The position numbers and the translations under genes are program-made. Positions 15,101 through 46,172 of a stretch of 64,000 bases of DNA are shown piece after piece. The stretch covers positions 310,001 through 374,000 of the forward strand of contig MCFH01000003.1 in NCBI GenBank assembly GCA_002104945.1. Direction: 5' to 3'. Position 1 is the first letter of the stretch, and every line of letters starts with the position of its first letter. The notes beneath the pieces are model-generated. The model saw only the letters and a list, made by a program, of their open reading frames with translations. It was not told the origin of the DNA and ran no database searches. This DNA is from Piromyces finnis finn (taxonomy: Eukaryota > Fungi > Neocallimastigomycota).

Positions 15101-15351
15101 TACTTTTAATAACTTCATCACTTTTCATGGGAAAGTATATATTTTTATTTTATTAAAGTCATTTGCAATAAAAATGTTAAAATATAAAGAAGTATTAAAA
15201 GTAGTTTTAATATTTATTAAAAATCAAATTTATTTTTTTTTTTTTTATCTTTTTATAATTTTTTTCTATTATTCTAATTATTCTATATTTACCCATTTTC
15301 GTAAATTTTACACTTTTTAATATTTAATAAGAAATCATCCTCGCTCTTCAT
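5692..15351 (-). CDS. CCP1: Cytosolic carboxypeptidase, M14D family (CCP1/AGTPBP1-like tubulin deglutamylase); multi-exon, 5' end uncertain
   Basis: Spliced minus-strand exons give [18 protein letters not shown] (~9235-9290), [10 protein letters not shown] (~9060-9090), [21 protein letters not shown] (~8500-8605), [14 protein letters not shown] (~7520-7565), [35 protein letters not shown] (6965-7130), [33 protein letters not shown] (~6370-6410) and STARVV..YTLECS (~6020-6090). Zinc ligands and catalytic Glu are intact. Upstream segments [12 protein letters not shown] and EPLIKK..LVYD resemble the CCP1/4 subfamily as I remember it. Stop is at 5692-5694. Exons from 11.9 to 15.4 kb are low-complexity, and their membership in this gene is less certain. 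Confidence 0.85.
12055..12110. repeat. (ATT)n microsatellite in an intron of the carboxypeptidase gene
   Basis: About 18 perfect ATT units downstream of a CAAC|gtaatt donor on the minus strand; it explains the poly-Ile tail of ORF 11997..12617. Confidence 0.9.
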
Positions 15352-15623
15352 CTTGTCTATTATTAATTTTTTTTCTATTTTCAAAATGCTCTATATAATT
15401 TTTTTTTATATTGGAAATTATGAATAATATACTACTTTTTTTTATTTCCTATTTCATTTGTAGTAACTTTGAATTATAATCTAATAAATTATTGACAGAT
15501 ATTTTTTTTACTTAAAGATAAAATATGAAATTTTGAAAAATTGTTGTATTAATAGGTTATTCCTATTTAAATAATATTTAAAGTTTTAAAGAAAATTATT
15601 AATAAACTAAATATTTAAACTAT

Positions 15624-15658
<35 letters not shown>

Positions 15659-16803
15659 AAAAAGTATTTATTTTTAATCAATATATTAATCTATAGATGA
15701 ATAATAACCTTTAAATTATGAAAAAGAGGAAAAAAGAAAAGAATAAAAAAAAAAAAAAAAAAACAATAAGTTTAGATTTTTTAAATTAATACAAGATAAT
15801 ATATTTAATTTTTTTTTTTACTTTAATAAACTATTTTATATATTTCGTTTTGTCAACAAAAGTGGTGCTAATTCATAAGCACTAAAGAATGTTAATTTGA
15901 AACAATATGTATATTTCACTTTTAACTATAATTCTTTAATATATCTAACATCTAATACTATAATTTTTTTTTCTTTTAATAAGAACAGATATTCTAAAAT
16001 TTTATAATTATAATTATATATTACTTAAATATTATATATATTCAAGTAATATATAATATTTAATTTTAAACATAATCCATTTTTGACGTTTATATGAAAT
16101 GGAATATTTTGAAAATTTACTTTTTTAACAATAACATTTGCATAAAAGTTATTTTTTTAATAAATTTTAATTAATATTGGTTTTTTTTAGTTTATTACAC
16201 TTAAAAATTAATCAAATACTTTTAACTTTTATCTGTTAATATATATAGCACAAATATTTCTCTCTTTCTTTTTTTTTTTTTTATACACAAACGTTTCAAT
16301 AAGGATTTTATCAGTTTTCATCCACTTTAAAATAAATATTAATAAAGAATTTTTCTATTGGTTAGATTAAAATTAAATTTTCAAAAATGGATGATTTTAC
16401 TTTGCACCAAAAGATATAAAGCATTAATGATTTTATATCAACTTTATGTCATTACTTATGTTAAAAAGTATTTAATGAAATATTATAGGATTTAAACAAT
16501 ATTGTTAAAATAAATTTTAAAAAATGTAATTATATACTATATCGCTATTATTAAAATTTCTCTCTCTTTTTTTTTTCCTTCTTCCTTGTTGAATGATAAT
16601 GTATAAATTTTATTTAAAATAACATTAAATATAAATTTTATTAATTAAAATATTTAAATAATGTTTATTAATAAAAAACACATGTAAAAAATGTTTATTA
16701 ATAATTTTTTTTTAATATTAAATATTCTTTATTATTATCTGAAAATAGAGGTTGTCAAATTGGATATATATAGAAAAATTATAATACATAATAAATAGCT
16801 ATC

Positions 16804-18037
16804 ATGATAAAAGAAGGTATATTATCTATATTATTAAAATAATATTATATACTTATATATATAACTAAATAAATAATAAATACAATGATATTTTATAAAA
16901 TATTCAATTCAATATTAGAAATCGAAATTGATTTTAATACTTTAAAAATTTTTAGTTTGACATCACAGGATATAAAAAATATTAAAAAAGAAAATATTAA
17001 AAGGTAATTACAAAACTAAAGAAATATGTATATATTTAAAAGTATTGAAATTGATTTAACCTATTTTCAAATTTTAAATTTCAAAAAAAAAAAAAAAAAA
17101 AGGTATAATGATTTAGAAATTCAAATTAAGAAATTAGGAGATGAAAGTGCAAAATGGCAAAAATTAAGATATGCCATTACAACTTTAGATATTATTGAGG
17201 AGAACCCTGAACAAAAACTATATATAATATGTGGTCAAAATAATGATTTAATTGGATATATTAAAATTGGAAAAAAAAAGTTATATTTATATGTTAGTTC
17301 AAATATTATTATTTTACTGCGAAAATATTCAAAATTGAAATAACTTATTCATACATTATTATTATACTTGTTATTTATGGAATAGGATAAAGATGGTGTT
17401 TGTCATGAATTAGTACTTCAAACAATATTAGATTTTCTAATTACCACAATTTATCAGAAAAAAGGTAAAATAAAGTAGTAAGATAAAAGTGTTTAATGAT
17501 ATTTAAAAGAATGCTAAAATAAATGTTTAATAATTATTAGGTATAGGTCATCATCTTTTTGAATATGTATTAAAGGTAAATTATAAAAAAAATTATTATG
17601 TGTATTTTTATTTATTTATTAATTTTTTATTAATTTTATAATATTCAAAATAATAAATATAATAGAAAGAAAATCTTAAGGAAACCAATATAGCATATGA
17701 TAGACCATCAGACAGACTGATAAACTTTTTAAGTAAAAATTGAATTATAATTAATAAATATATAAAAAAAGAATTAATAAAATAAACAAAGTTCTAATGA
17801 TTTAACTATTTATTGTATTAATGATATATTTTAAATTCAATAGAAAAACATTATAATTTTACAAAGGGTAATTACTAATTATAATATGTTTATTTAAAAA
17901 TTTATATAAACACATTTAATATTAAATGGATGAAAACTAATAAAAAAATGTATACTCTTTACTATTCATAAATAATATAAAAAATAGACATTCCGCAGTA
18001 TAATAATTTTATGATATTTGAAAATTTCAATTTTTAA
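16804..18037 (+). CDS. ATAT1: Alpha-tubulin N-acetyltransferase (MEC-17/ATAT1 GNAT family); multi-exon
   Basis: Exons read EIEIDFNTLKIF; KLGDESAKWQKLRYAITT..LIGYIKIGKKKLYLY (17101-17291); DKDGVCHELVLQTILDFLITTIYQKKG (17386-17464); IGHHLFEYVLK; IAYDRPSDRLINFL; KHYNF; DIPQYNNFMIFENFNF* (stop 18035-18037). This matches the ATAT1 motif series (SA.AQ.L, G.LKVG.K.L, ILDFY, Q..G.G, DRPS, KHY, PQ.NNFV.F). The start at 16804 (ATG ATA AAA GAA G|gtatat) is tentative; 16885 is an alternative. Confidence 0.9.
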
Positions 18038-18747
18038 ATAATGAAATATCATTAAACCATAACATACCCAAATTATTTTAATTAATGAATAAAATAAATA
18101 AATAAATAAATATTGAATTAATAAATTATAATAAAAAATAATAATATTAAAATCAATAATTATTGAATATGTAAAAAAAATGTTTTTTTTTTTATTCATT
18201 TTTGTGTCTTTTTCTTTTTTAAATTAATAGTAATATCAGCAGTAAAAAAAAATTAAAATCCTATTTAATTTTTAATATTTTTCTTTTTTTTAAAAATTAA
18301 TATTTAATTAATTTTGTTTTTTTTTTTTTTAAATTTTAATTAAAAATTCATTTTAAATTTTATAATAAAATTAATATAAAATTTTATTATATATCAATTT
18401 TTACTTTTTTAATTAATTTTGATTTCAAAAACAAAAAAAAAAAAAAAAAAAAAGAAAAATAAAATAAAATATAACAATTATATTTTTATTTTTTTTATTT
18501 TTTACTATTTAAAAAATTTATCAGTAATATTATACAAAGAGATAGGAAATAAATAATATAATAATATTAACAATTGAATACACTCTATAAAGTACTTTTA
18601 ATCATACTTAATAAAATAGAGAAATTTTTAAACACTACATTTGCATTTACATATATCATAGCTTTATTATCTATATTAGATTTTTGGTATTATGTATATT
18701 TAAAGATTATATGAATCAATATTTTTAGACAATAGATAATCATAATC

Positions 18748-34933
<16,186 letters not shown>

Positions 34934-36112
34934 AAATAATTTTATTAATGCTTTTTTATTTTTAAATTATAATTATAATTATATAACTTTCTCTATTATT
35001 TAAAGTGAAAAGAACAACAAATATATATATATATTTAATATATTTTCATTTATTTTATTTTTTTATTAGTTACTATTATAATTATACCAAATTTTTTTTC
35101 TCTAATTCCATTTTGAAATTAAAAGTTTTTTTTTTTATTATTATTTTATTATTAATTTATTTCCTCTCTCAATATACATACATAATGTTTATCATTATTA
35201 TATAACATTGATATTAATGAGAGTCAAATTATTAGTATATACCTTTTTAAAAACACTTTATATATATTATTAAATATATTCCAACAATAACTATTGAAAA
35301 ATTAAAAACCTTGACAAATAAATAAAATAAAAAATTTAAAAAAAAAAAAAAAAAAAACTTGTATAATATTAAATAATTTTATTATATACATATACTTATT
35401 TATTTATTTACTTTTTATTTATTTTATTATTTTTACTTTTTGAAATTATATTTTATTTTTTTTTGTTTTTCTTTTAACTATTTTTTTTTTAGTAAAAGTT
35501 ATTCGATTAATGATTAACATGCATATTAATGATGCTAATATTAAATTTTCTATAATTAATTTTTTTTTATTCTTTTTTCTTATTTACTTTTCTTAATTAT
35601 TTATTTTTAATTTTTATTTTATATTTCTTTTTCTTTCTCTCTTTTTTTTTTTTTTTTTTTTATTCTTATTATTTTGATTTTATAATAATATATATATATT
35701 AATTTTATATTTTCATTTCCTTATTAAAAAGTTTAACAATTAAATAAAAAAAAAAAAATTATTATTTTAAAAAATTTTATCGTTTCTGTTTTATTTTGTT
35801 TAATTTTTTCTTTTCTTTCTTTCTTTTTTTTTTTTTTGAGATTTTTGAGTTTTTTTTAGAAAATAATATTTTATTTATTTTTATAATGATTATATATTAA
35901 ATGGATGTTTTTCGTGATATTTATTTATATATTTGAATACATGTATTAAAAAATGTTTTTAATTTGAATGTTGGTTTTTGTTTTAATAAATATATTATAT
36001 TATATTATATTATTAGTTATTAATTTATAAATCATTGAATTAATATTTCGGAAAATAAATGCTGGCATTATTTTTGAAAAAAACGTTAGGATAACATTGT
36101 TATTTATTATGT

Positions 36113-38424
<2,312 letters not shown>

Positions 38425-38900
38425 TTTTATCTTTTATATTTAATTTTTTTTATCTTTTTATAATACAAAATTGGATTTTTTTGATAAAAAGAATTATTTG
38501 ATAAAAAAAAAAAAAAGGAGACAATAAAATGTTATTAATAATTTTATTTTCTTTAATTAATTATAAATTTAATAATAGAATAATAAAATATGTTTAAATG
38601 CTATATTGTATGTGTGTTTATGTGTAGAAGTGAGTTTGTTATTAATATTTTATTCAGTTTATACTGTCATATAAATAATTATTTGGAATGATGAATATAA
38701 TATTATATTATTAAAATGTTTTATTGTTTTATATTTTAAATTTTAGTATTTCTTGTATACATTTCATTTTACTGCGTAATGGAATTGTAAATGGACAAAT
38801 TAACATTTAATGAAATTCATTTTTCTTTTTCAACTTTAACAACAAATATATAAATAGTCTTTTTATCATTATTTAATTATATCTTTAAAAAATACACCTT

Positions 38901-38938
<38 letters not shown>

Positions 38939-41086
38939 AATACTTATTTTTTTTCTTCTTTTTTTTTTAACTTTTGCTTATAACTTTACACATTTCATTT
39001 TATAAAAAATTTATATTTCATTGTTTTATGAATTTGTAAATGCTTATTCATAATATAAAAAGATCATTTATTTTATTTTTAGGTACTTCCTACTTTTTTT
39101 TTTTTTTTTAACAATAATAATTACTTTTTTTTTTTTTCTTGATTTCTTTCTTTCTTTTTATTAATTCGTTTTTTTTTTTTTTTTTTTTATGCTTGTTTGT
39201 GTTTTTGCCTTGGTTAAATAAATTCTTTTCTTTACAAAAAAAAAATAAAGTAATTGAAAGATCGTTTTTTTTTTTTAACTTTATTTTCTTCTTTTTTTTA
39301 AAAAAAAAACTTTTTAAATAGTGATAAAATATATGAATGGATATATAAATAGAATAATAAATAAATTTATAATAAAATAAGATATTAATTAGATGAATGA
39401 TAATTTAATAAATAAATAAATTAATCCATAAGAATTTTATTTTAAAAAAAAAAAAGAAATAATAAAATCAAATATATTAATTAAATTGAAAGAATACTAT
39501 TGTTAATATATATTAATTATAAAAATAAATTAAAAAAATAAAAATTCTAAAACTTTAAAATTAACAAATTTTTATATTTAAAATTTTAATTATTAAAATA
39601 TAAATGAATTTTTTTTTTTTTTAAATTACGATAAAGAAAAGACTTTTTATTTAAAAAAAAAAAAAAAAAAAAACGCATTATAAAGACATGAAAATAATGA
39701 AAATAATAAAAATAATTCATTTAAAAAAGTTGTATAATGGAAAAAAGAATAAATTAATAAAAAAAAAAATACAAGCAACAATGAAATTTGGTAAGGAATA
39801 TATATAAAAAATGTTAAATGAAATGGAATAAATGGAATCCTTTATTCTTTTCTAAAATGTTAAAAAAACATTGTCGATTGTCATAATGTCACGATGTCAT
39901 TTCTAAAATAATTGAATTTTATTTAAAGTAAACTCTATTTCATAAGATGTCTTTTTTAAATAAAAGAAACAAATATATCTATAGGTATATATAAGTATAA
40001 CAAACAAAAATTTTTTTTTTTTTAAATTCAATAATTATTATAATAATAATAAAGATATTTTTTTAATTATCACTTGATAAAACCATTTCAAAAGTAGAAA
40101 AATAAAATATAAAAAAACCTTAAACTTTAATTAAAATAATATAAAAACTATAAAGTTTTTAAGATTTTTTTAAAAGTACTATTTTTTTTAAAAAAAAAAA
40201 AATAAAAATAAAAATAATTGAAAATAATTAATAAAAAAATGATATTAAATATTTATAATTTAGTCTAAACTTTATTATGTATACAGTATATATCATGGTT
40301 CATAATTTCTCAAAGAATTAAAATTATATATCATAAATCAATGTTGATGTATAAAAATATGCAATAGATCACATGCAATCATCTTTTAATTTCAAATTAA
40401 ATTTTTATGGGATAAAAGACATAAATGAAAATTATCTTTTTTTTTTAAAAAAAAATAAAAAATGAGATTCTATTAAAGAAAAAAAATTAAAAAAAAAAAG
40501 ATATACAGTTGAATAGGAAAGAGGGTGATGAGGTGGAGGGAAGAATTTTTATTTTAAAAAAGAATGTCTTTATTTAAATGTGATTTTTATTTTTTTATTT
40601 TTTTTTATAAAAAAAATACACATTTTTAGCTTTAAACATATAAAGTAAAAAAAAAAAAAAAAAAAAGAAAAAAAATATGGATAATACCTTAATTTATTTG
40701 ACTATAATGACTGACTGAAAATTATATATATTTATAAAAAGAATATATGAGTGTTTATTGATTAAAATCCTATATAAATAAGAATATATATATATATAAA
40801 AATAAGAATAGAGATCGCATTTCAAAAAATAAAAATTCTATTTTTTTTTTTTATAGTGTTCCATTTTTTTAAAAAAAAATAAAAAAAAAAAAGAAAAGAA
40901 AAAAAAAAAAAAAGGCATTTTAAAATTATAATTTAAAGTTTTTTTTTTTATTATTATTATTTATTTTATTTTCTTTTTCTTTTTTCCTTTATATTGTTTA
41001 TTTTTAAAATTGTTTTTTTTTTTTTTAGCTTTTGAAATGGAAATGGATCATTTGGGCGCTAAATATATAAAATAAATATATTCAAC

Positions 41087-42582
41087 TTAGGCAAATTCAT
41101 CAAATTCTTTTTCTTTTCTCATATTCTTCCAATAGATTAATGATAATGCAATAGCAACAAGATAAACAATACAAAAGACATAGTTTAATATATACATATA
41201 CTTTAATTTCTTTTGAATTAAAGGAACAAGATATTCCTTACAACCATAAGCTTGGGATATTGCTAAATCATCAATACTTTGTACTGTTTGAGTTTGTTGA
41301 ATTTGTTGACGTCTTTCTAATCCTTCACTTCTCTTCCATTGAAAACCACCACCGTTATTTCCACCATCCATCATTGGATCTTGTTGTACATTATCTTGAG
41401 GTTGGAAATTATCTTGTTGTTGAAAATTATCTTGTTGTTGGAAATTATCTTGTTGTTGGAAATTATCTTGAGGTTGTTGTTGTTGTATTTGTGGTTGTGG
41501 TTGTTGTTGTTGACCACCAACAGTACTGTCAGAATCAACAACACTATCTGCAGTACTAAATTTATTTCTGTAGGAATCATTCTTTAATACATTAGCTGGA
41601 TTTTTAATACCTTGAGAGTATTGATTAATAAAATCAACATCTGTACTTGAACAAAATCCAGAAGCTACTGGTAAATCATTATAGGCTAAATAACCACAAC
41701 AATTATATTCATCTTGAATTCTCATTCTGATAGGATCAGTGTAAACATCCCACCATGATATAGCCATATCTCTTTGAGTAAATCTTGTTGCATCCAATAA
41801 TTTTTTGGCAACATATAAATGTCCTAATAATGCCATGGAAGCTAAAACTGAAAAAGTTAAAATGATAGGCTTCCAATTAGTGTATGCCCCAGAGTATCCA
41901 GTGAAGGATACAAATATTACAAATACTGCCAATATTATCATAGCATATCTACAATTAGCATTAATATCGTTTAAATCTTTACCAGAAAATCCACCACGAA
42001 TAATGACAAATAAAGAGAAAAATAACAAGTATAAACCAACAATAAGTAATATAACACATATGATTTTGAATTGTTTTCTTCCTTCAATATTAGGTACAGA
42101 TCTTTTATTTTTATCATTTTCATAGGTATAAATATGTTCTTGACTTCTTTCGGCTAAAGGGAATGAAGCTTCTGTTGCAGGACTATTATTACTTATCTTT
42201 CTATGAATTAATTTATTTTGACCTTTACGCTATAATAGGAAAATTAAGTTCATATTTAAAAATAATTTTATTGAATAAAAAGGGGGAAGAAAATATTTAT
42301 TAATAATTTATAATATTTATCAATTGTTGTTACTATTAATTATTAATTATATTTTTATTTCTTTTTTTTTATGTAAAAAAAAAGAGATAAACACTAACAT
42401 CAATATTATTTTCATTTATATTTTCATTTTCTTTTCTATTTTCATTTATAATATTATCTTTACTATTATTCTATATAATTTTAATATAATATACATTTAT
42501 ATTAATATTAAAATAAAAAGGGGGTTTATTTTTTGTAACACTTTAATTATATATATACATTAATACTTACAATTAAATCCAT
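41087..42582 (-). CDS. Tetraspanin-like four-transmembrane protein (paralog A); join(42582..42571,42229..41087), about 384 aa
   Basis: ATG GAT TTA ATT|gtaagt ... ttatag|CGT AAA GGT; the frame is open from 42229. TM1 ICVILLIVGLYLLFFSLFVII, TM2 YAMIILAVFVIFVSFTGYSGA, TM3 IILTFSVLASMALLGHLYVA, large loop with IQDEYNCCGY..GFC..GCKEYL, TM4 YILNYVFCIVYLVAIALSLIYW. The CCG motif in the loop between TM3 and TM4 is the tetraspanin hallmark. Confidence 0.85.
41392..41472 (-). repeat. 18-bp coding tandem repeat (QQQDNF)n in tetraspanin A
   Basis: Plus-strand unit GAAATTATCTTGTTGTTG, three near-perfect copies plus variant flanking copies. Confidence 0.85.
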
Positions 42583-45500
42583 GTTATATATATGTTACAC
42601 TATAAATATCAATATATAAATAATCAATTAAAAAACATAAAACATTAGTAATTTACCTCTTAAATTATTATATTATTATGTTATGATTATCGTTTATTAT
42701 CATTATTATTATTTCATTTGAATAATACTTACAAAATTACTTTTTTTAAAAAAAATAAAAAAATTAAAATATTGAATGAGGTGATATATAGATAGTATAT
42801 ATACTTATTTTAATTTAATGAGAATAAAAAATATATATATTTTTTTTTAAATTATTTTTTTTTTACTACAGTTTATTTTGACCAAATTAAATTATTTTTA
42901 TTGTTTAAAATGGAAAATATTATTATGTATATAATGATGTTAATTATATATTCTTAAGGTAAAAAATAATAATGGTTTGGTGTTTAAAATAAATAATACT
43001 TTAAATAAATGTAATTTATCTAGATCGGATATAAAATATTTTTTATTTATTATTTATTTTGTTGGCTTTTGCTAAAGTATAATTAATGTAGAGTATTAAT
43101 GGCTATTTACTGTTTTGTTTTTTTAAAAAAAGTTTATAATTTTTATTTTAATGTTTATTTTTTTTTCTCTAAATCTTTTGAAAAGAATAGTTCTTTTTTT
43201 GTTGTTGTTGTTGCTTTTTTGTTTTTATTTGCTTAATTTAACAGAGAATTGCCTTTGAATTAAAATAAAATATAACTTTTCTTTTAAATCTTTTTGATGC
43301 AAAAGTCACTTTTTTTTAATTATTATTATTATTTTATATTAGGTCACTTTCTTTCATTTTAAAAATTTTTTTTAGAAAAAAAAAATTCTTTGTTTTTATA
43401 TATAAAAAAATCATCACCATATAAAAATATTTATTCCTATTATTTTTCAATTATGATACAATCATTGATTTTTTATTAATTAAATTCACCGTCTTTTTAA
43501 TAAAATATATAGAAAATATATTATAATATATCATATAATATATTATATATTTTATGTAATACATTTTAATACATTATAATACATATTTTTTGTTTAGTAA
43601 TAAAGTTAGACGTTTCTTTATTTTCTTTTCAAATATTCATATATTATTATATTTATTGTAGTTTACTATAATATATTATATTATTATTTAATTATTTTAT
43701 TACCTTAATTTTAATAAACCAATATATTAATAATATTATTATAATATATTATTAGTAGGACAAATTAAAGGTAGCCAATAATATTCATATATTTTAAATT
43801 AATATTTTTAACTTATTATAATTTAATATATTGTATAATATATAAAATAATTTCATAAAAAGAAAAAAAGAAGGTTGAGTTTAAAATTAAATTTCTATTT
43901 CTATTTTTTAATTGACTACAAATATATTAAAATATATTAACTCAATATAATTTATTTAAATAATAATATATTAAATTGGATAAATATATCATTGAATTCT
44001 CTCCACCATCCAAATTTTTTTGTCTGGCCAAATAAAGAGCAACAATAAAAAATAAAGAAGGACAGCAGTAGCAGCAGCAGTAGCAGATTTGTCAATAAAA
44101 AAAAGGCATAGTATTAAAAGTTAACTGGAATTCTAGCGATAATTTCATTGAGCCATTAAATAAATGAAGCTTCTTTTTTTTTTAGTTACAATAATAATAA
44201 ATTATATCAAAAAAAAAATGTATCTCTTTTTTTTTTTTTTACAGTAAAACAAAGGCAAAAAAGAAAAACTTTATATGATGGCCATTGAAATTAAAAAAAA
44301 AAGACAATTCATAAAGACTCTAATAATTATTCATTAAAAAATAAAAGAATTCTTTCATATTTGAAAGCAAATGCTTTTCCTATTTTTTTCTACTCTATAT
44401 ATTACTATTAATAGAATTATTCTCTTCTAAATAAAGTTGAAATATATTTTCTGATGCATCTTTTTAAAAAAAGAAAAAAAGTTACATTTTTTATCCTTAG
44501 CAATAACCAAAATTGGCATATATAAAACTACACATATTTCTAAAGATTCTAAAAAAAAAAAGAAACTCTGTAAACTTTTTCAAAGTTTTTTCTAATAAAA
44601 TAGTCAAAAAGAAAGTTACACAAATTACATCGTAATACGTTATGTATACATTATAAATGATTTATTTTTTTTTTTTTTTTTAAAATGGAAACCTTTGTTG
44701 ATTATAAAAAAAAAAAAAAGAAAAAGAAAATAGATAAAAATATAGATATAAATAGGTTATGAATTAAAATAATTGAATAATTGAAAAAGATTTTTAATTA
44801 TTTCTAGTTTTATATACAAAGTGTAACTAATCACATCTTAAAAAAAAATAATAATAAATAGAGTTAACTTGTTAGTGAAAAAATATTTACATAATTTAAA
44901 TGTGTTATTACTATGATATATTGTTTGCTTTTAAATTTTTTAAAATTAATTATTGATGATTCATATCGACACGATATGATGGTATAAGATAGTTATTTAA
45001 TAATCAATTATTCTGATCATTAACCATATTAATATTTTAAATAATAAAATATAAAGTTGCATAATAACTCAATGAATATTGCTGTTTATACGGTGTAGTA
45101 GGATAGTGTGTGTGATGTACATCCAACCCTCATTCATGAATTCTTGATATTTTTTAATCAATGAAATATCAACATTGAAGCCCTGATGTACAAAAAACAT
45201 TAGGATTGTTCCTTTGCCGTTCCCTTGATAATGTTAAATGGTCTTACTAAAGGAAATACGAATAATAGGAATTATTTTTAGTATGGAAAATCCTCTATCT
45301 ATCTCTTGCAATCTTGCAATGAACTTAATAAAAGTAATTCATTCAAATATTTTTGTTTCGCTTCATCGATATCGATATATACTTTAATAGCATCTATTTT
45401 TTTTTTCTGATAATACTACATTATTATTACATTAGTTTCATTAGATTTAACAAAAAAAAAAAAAAGAAATTTTTGCTTTTTGCTTTTTGCTTTTTGCTTT

Positions 45501-46172
45501 TTTTTTTTTTTTTTTATTTTATTTTATTTTATTTTTAGTAATTTTTTTTTATTTTATTTTATTTTAATTTTTTATTATTATTATCATTTTTTAGTTTATT
45601 TACTGATAATAAATAAATAGGACGATGTTGTTTAATATTTTTAAAATTAAAAATAATAATGAATATATAATATATATAATATGTTTTTATAAAAGGTAAA
45701 GAAAAAAAAAAAAAGATTAAAAAGATTATTTTATAATCTGACAAAATATAACTAATTCCCTAAACGTATAAAAGATTTGATTGAAAAGTTGATTTATGAA
45801 AAAAAAAAAGATATCTCTTATTAGTTATATATAAAACATAATAATTTATAATAATAATTATATATTTCTTAATTTTTTTTCTAAAAAAAAGTTTATATTT
45901 AAAATAGGTATTTGTATACATGGAAACATATATACTTCCCATTTTCATAAATAAATAAATAAAAAATTTAAAGTCTATAATAGTTAATTATTTTTATATA
46001 TATTACTATTATTATTACTATTTATATATAATATTTATTTTCTTTTTTTTTTTCAAAAGAGATATAAAGTGTTAGGATTATAATCTTTTATGATAGTTGT
46101 TACTGAAAAAATAAAAGTAGATTTTTTTTTTGAATAGGAAATTATTATATGGGTATTTTTTAAAAGATTAGC

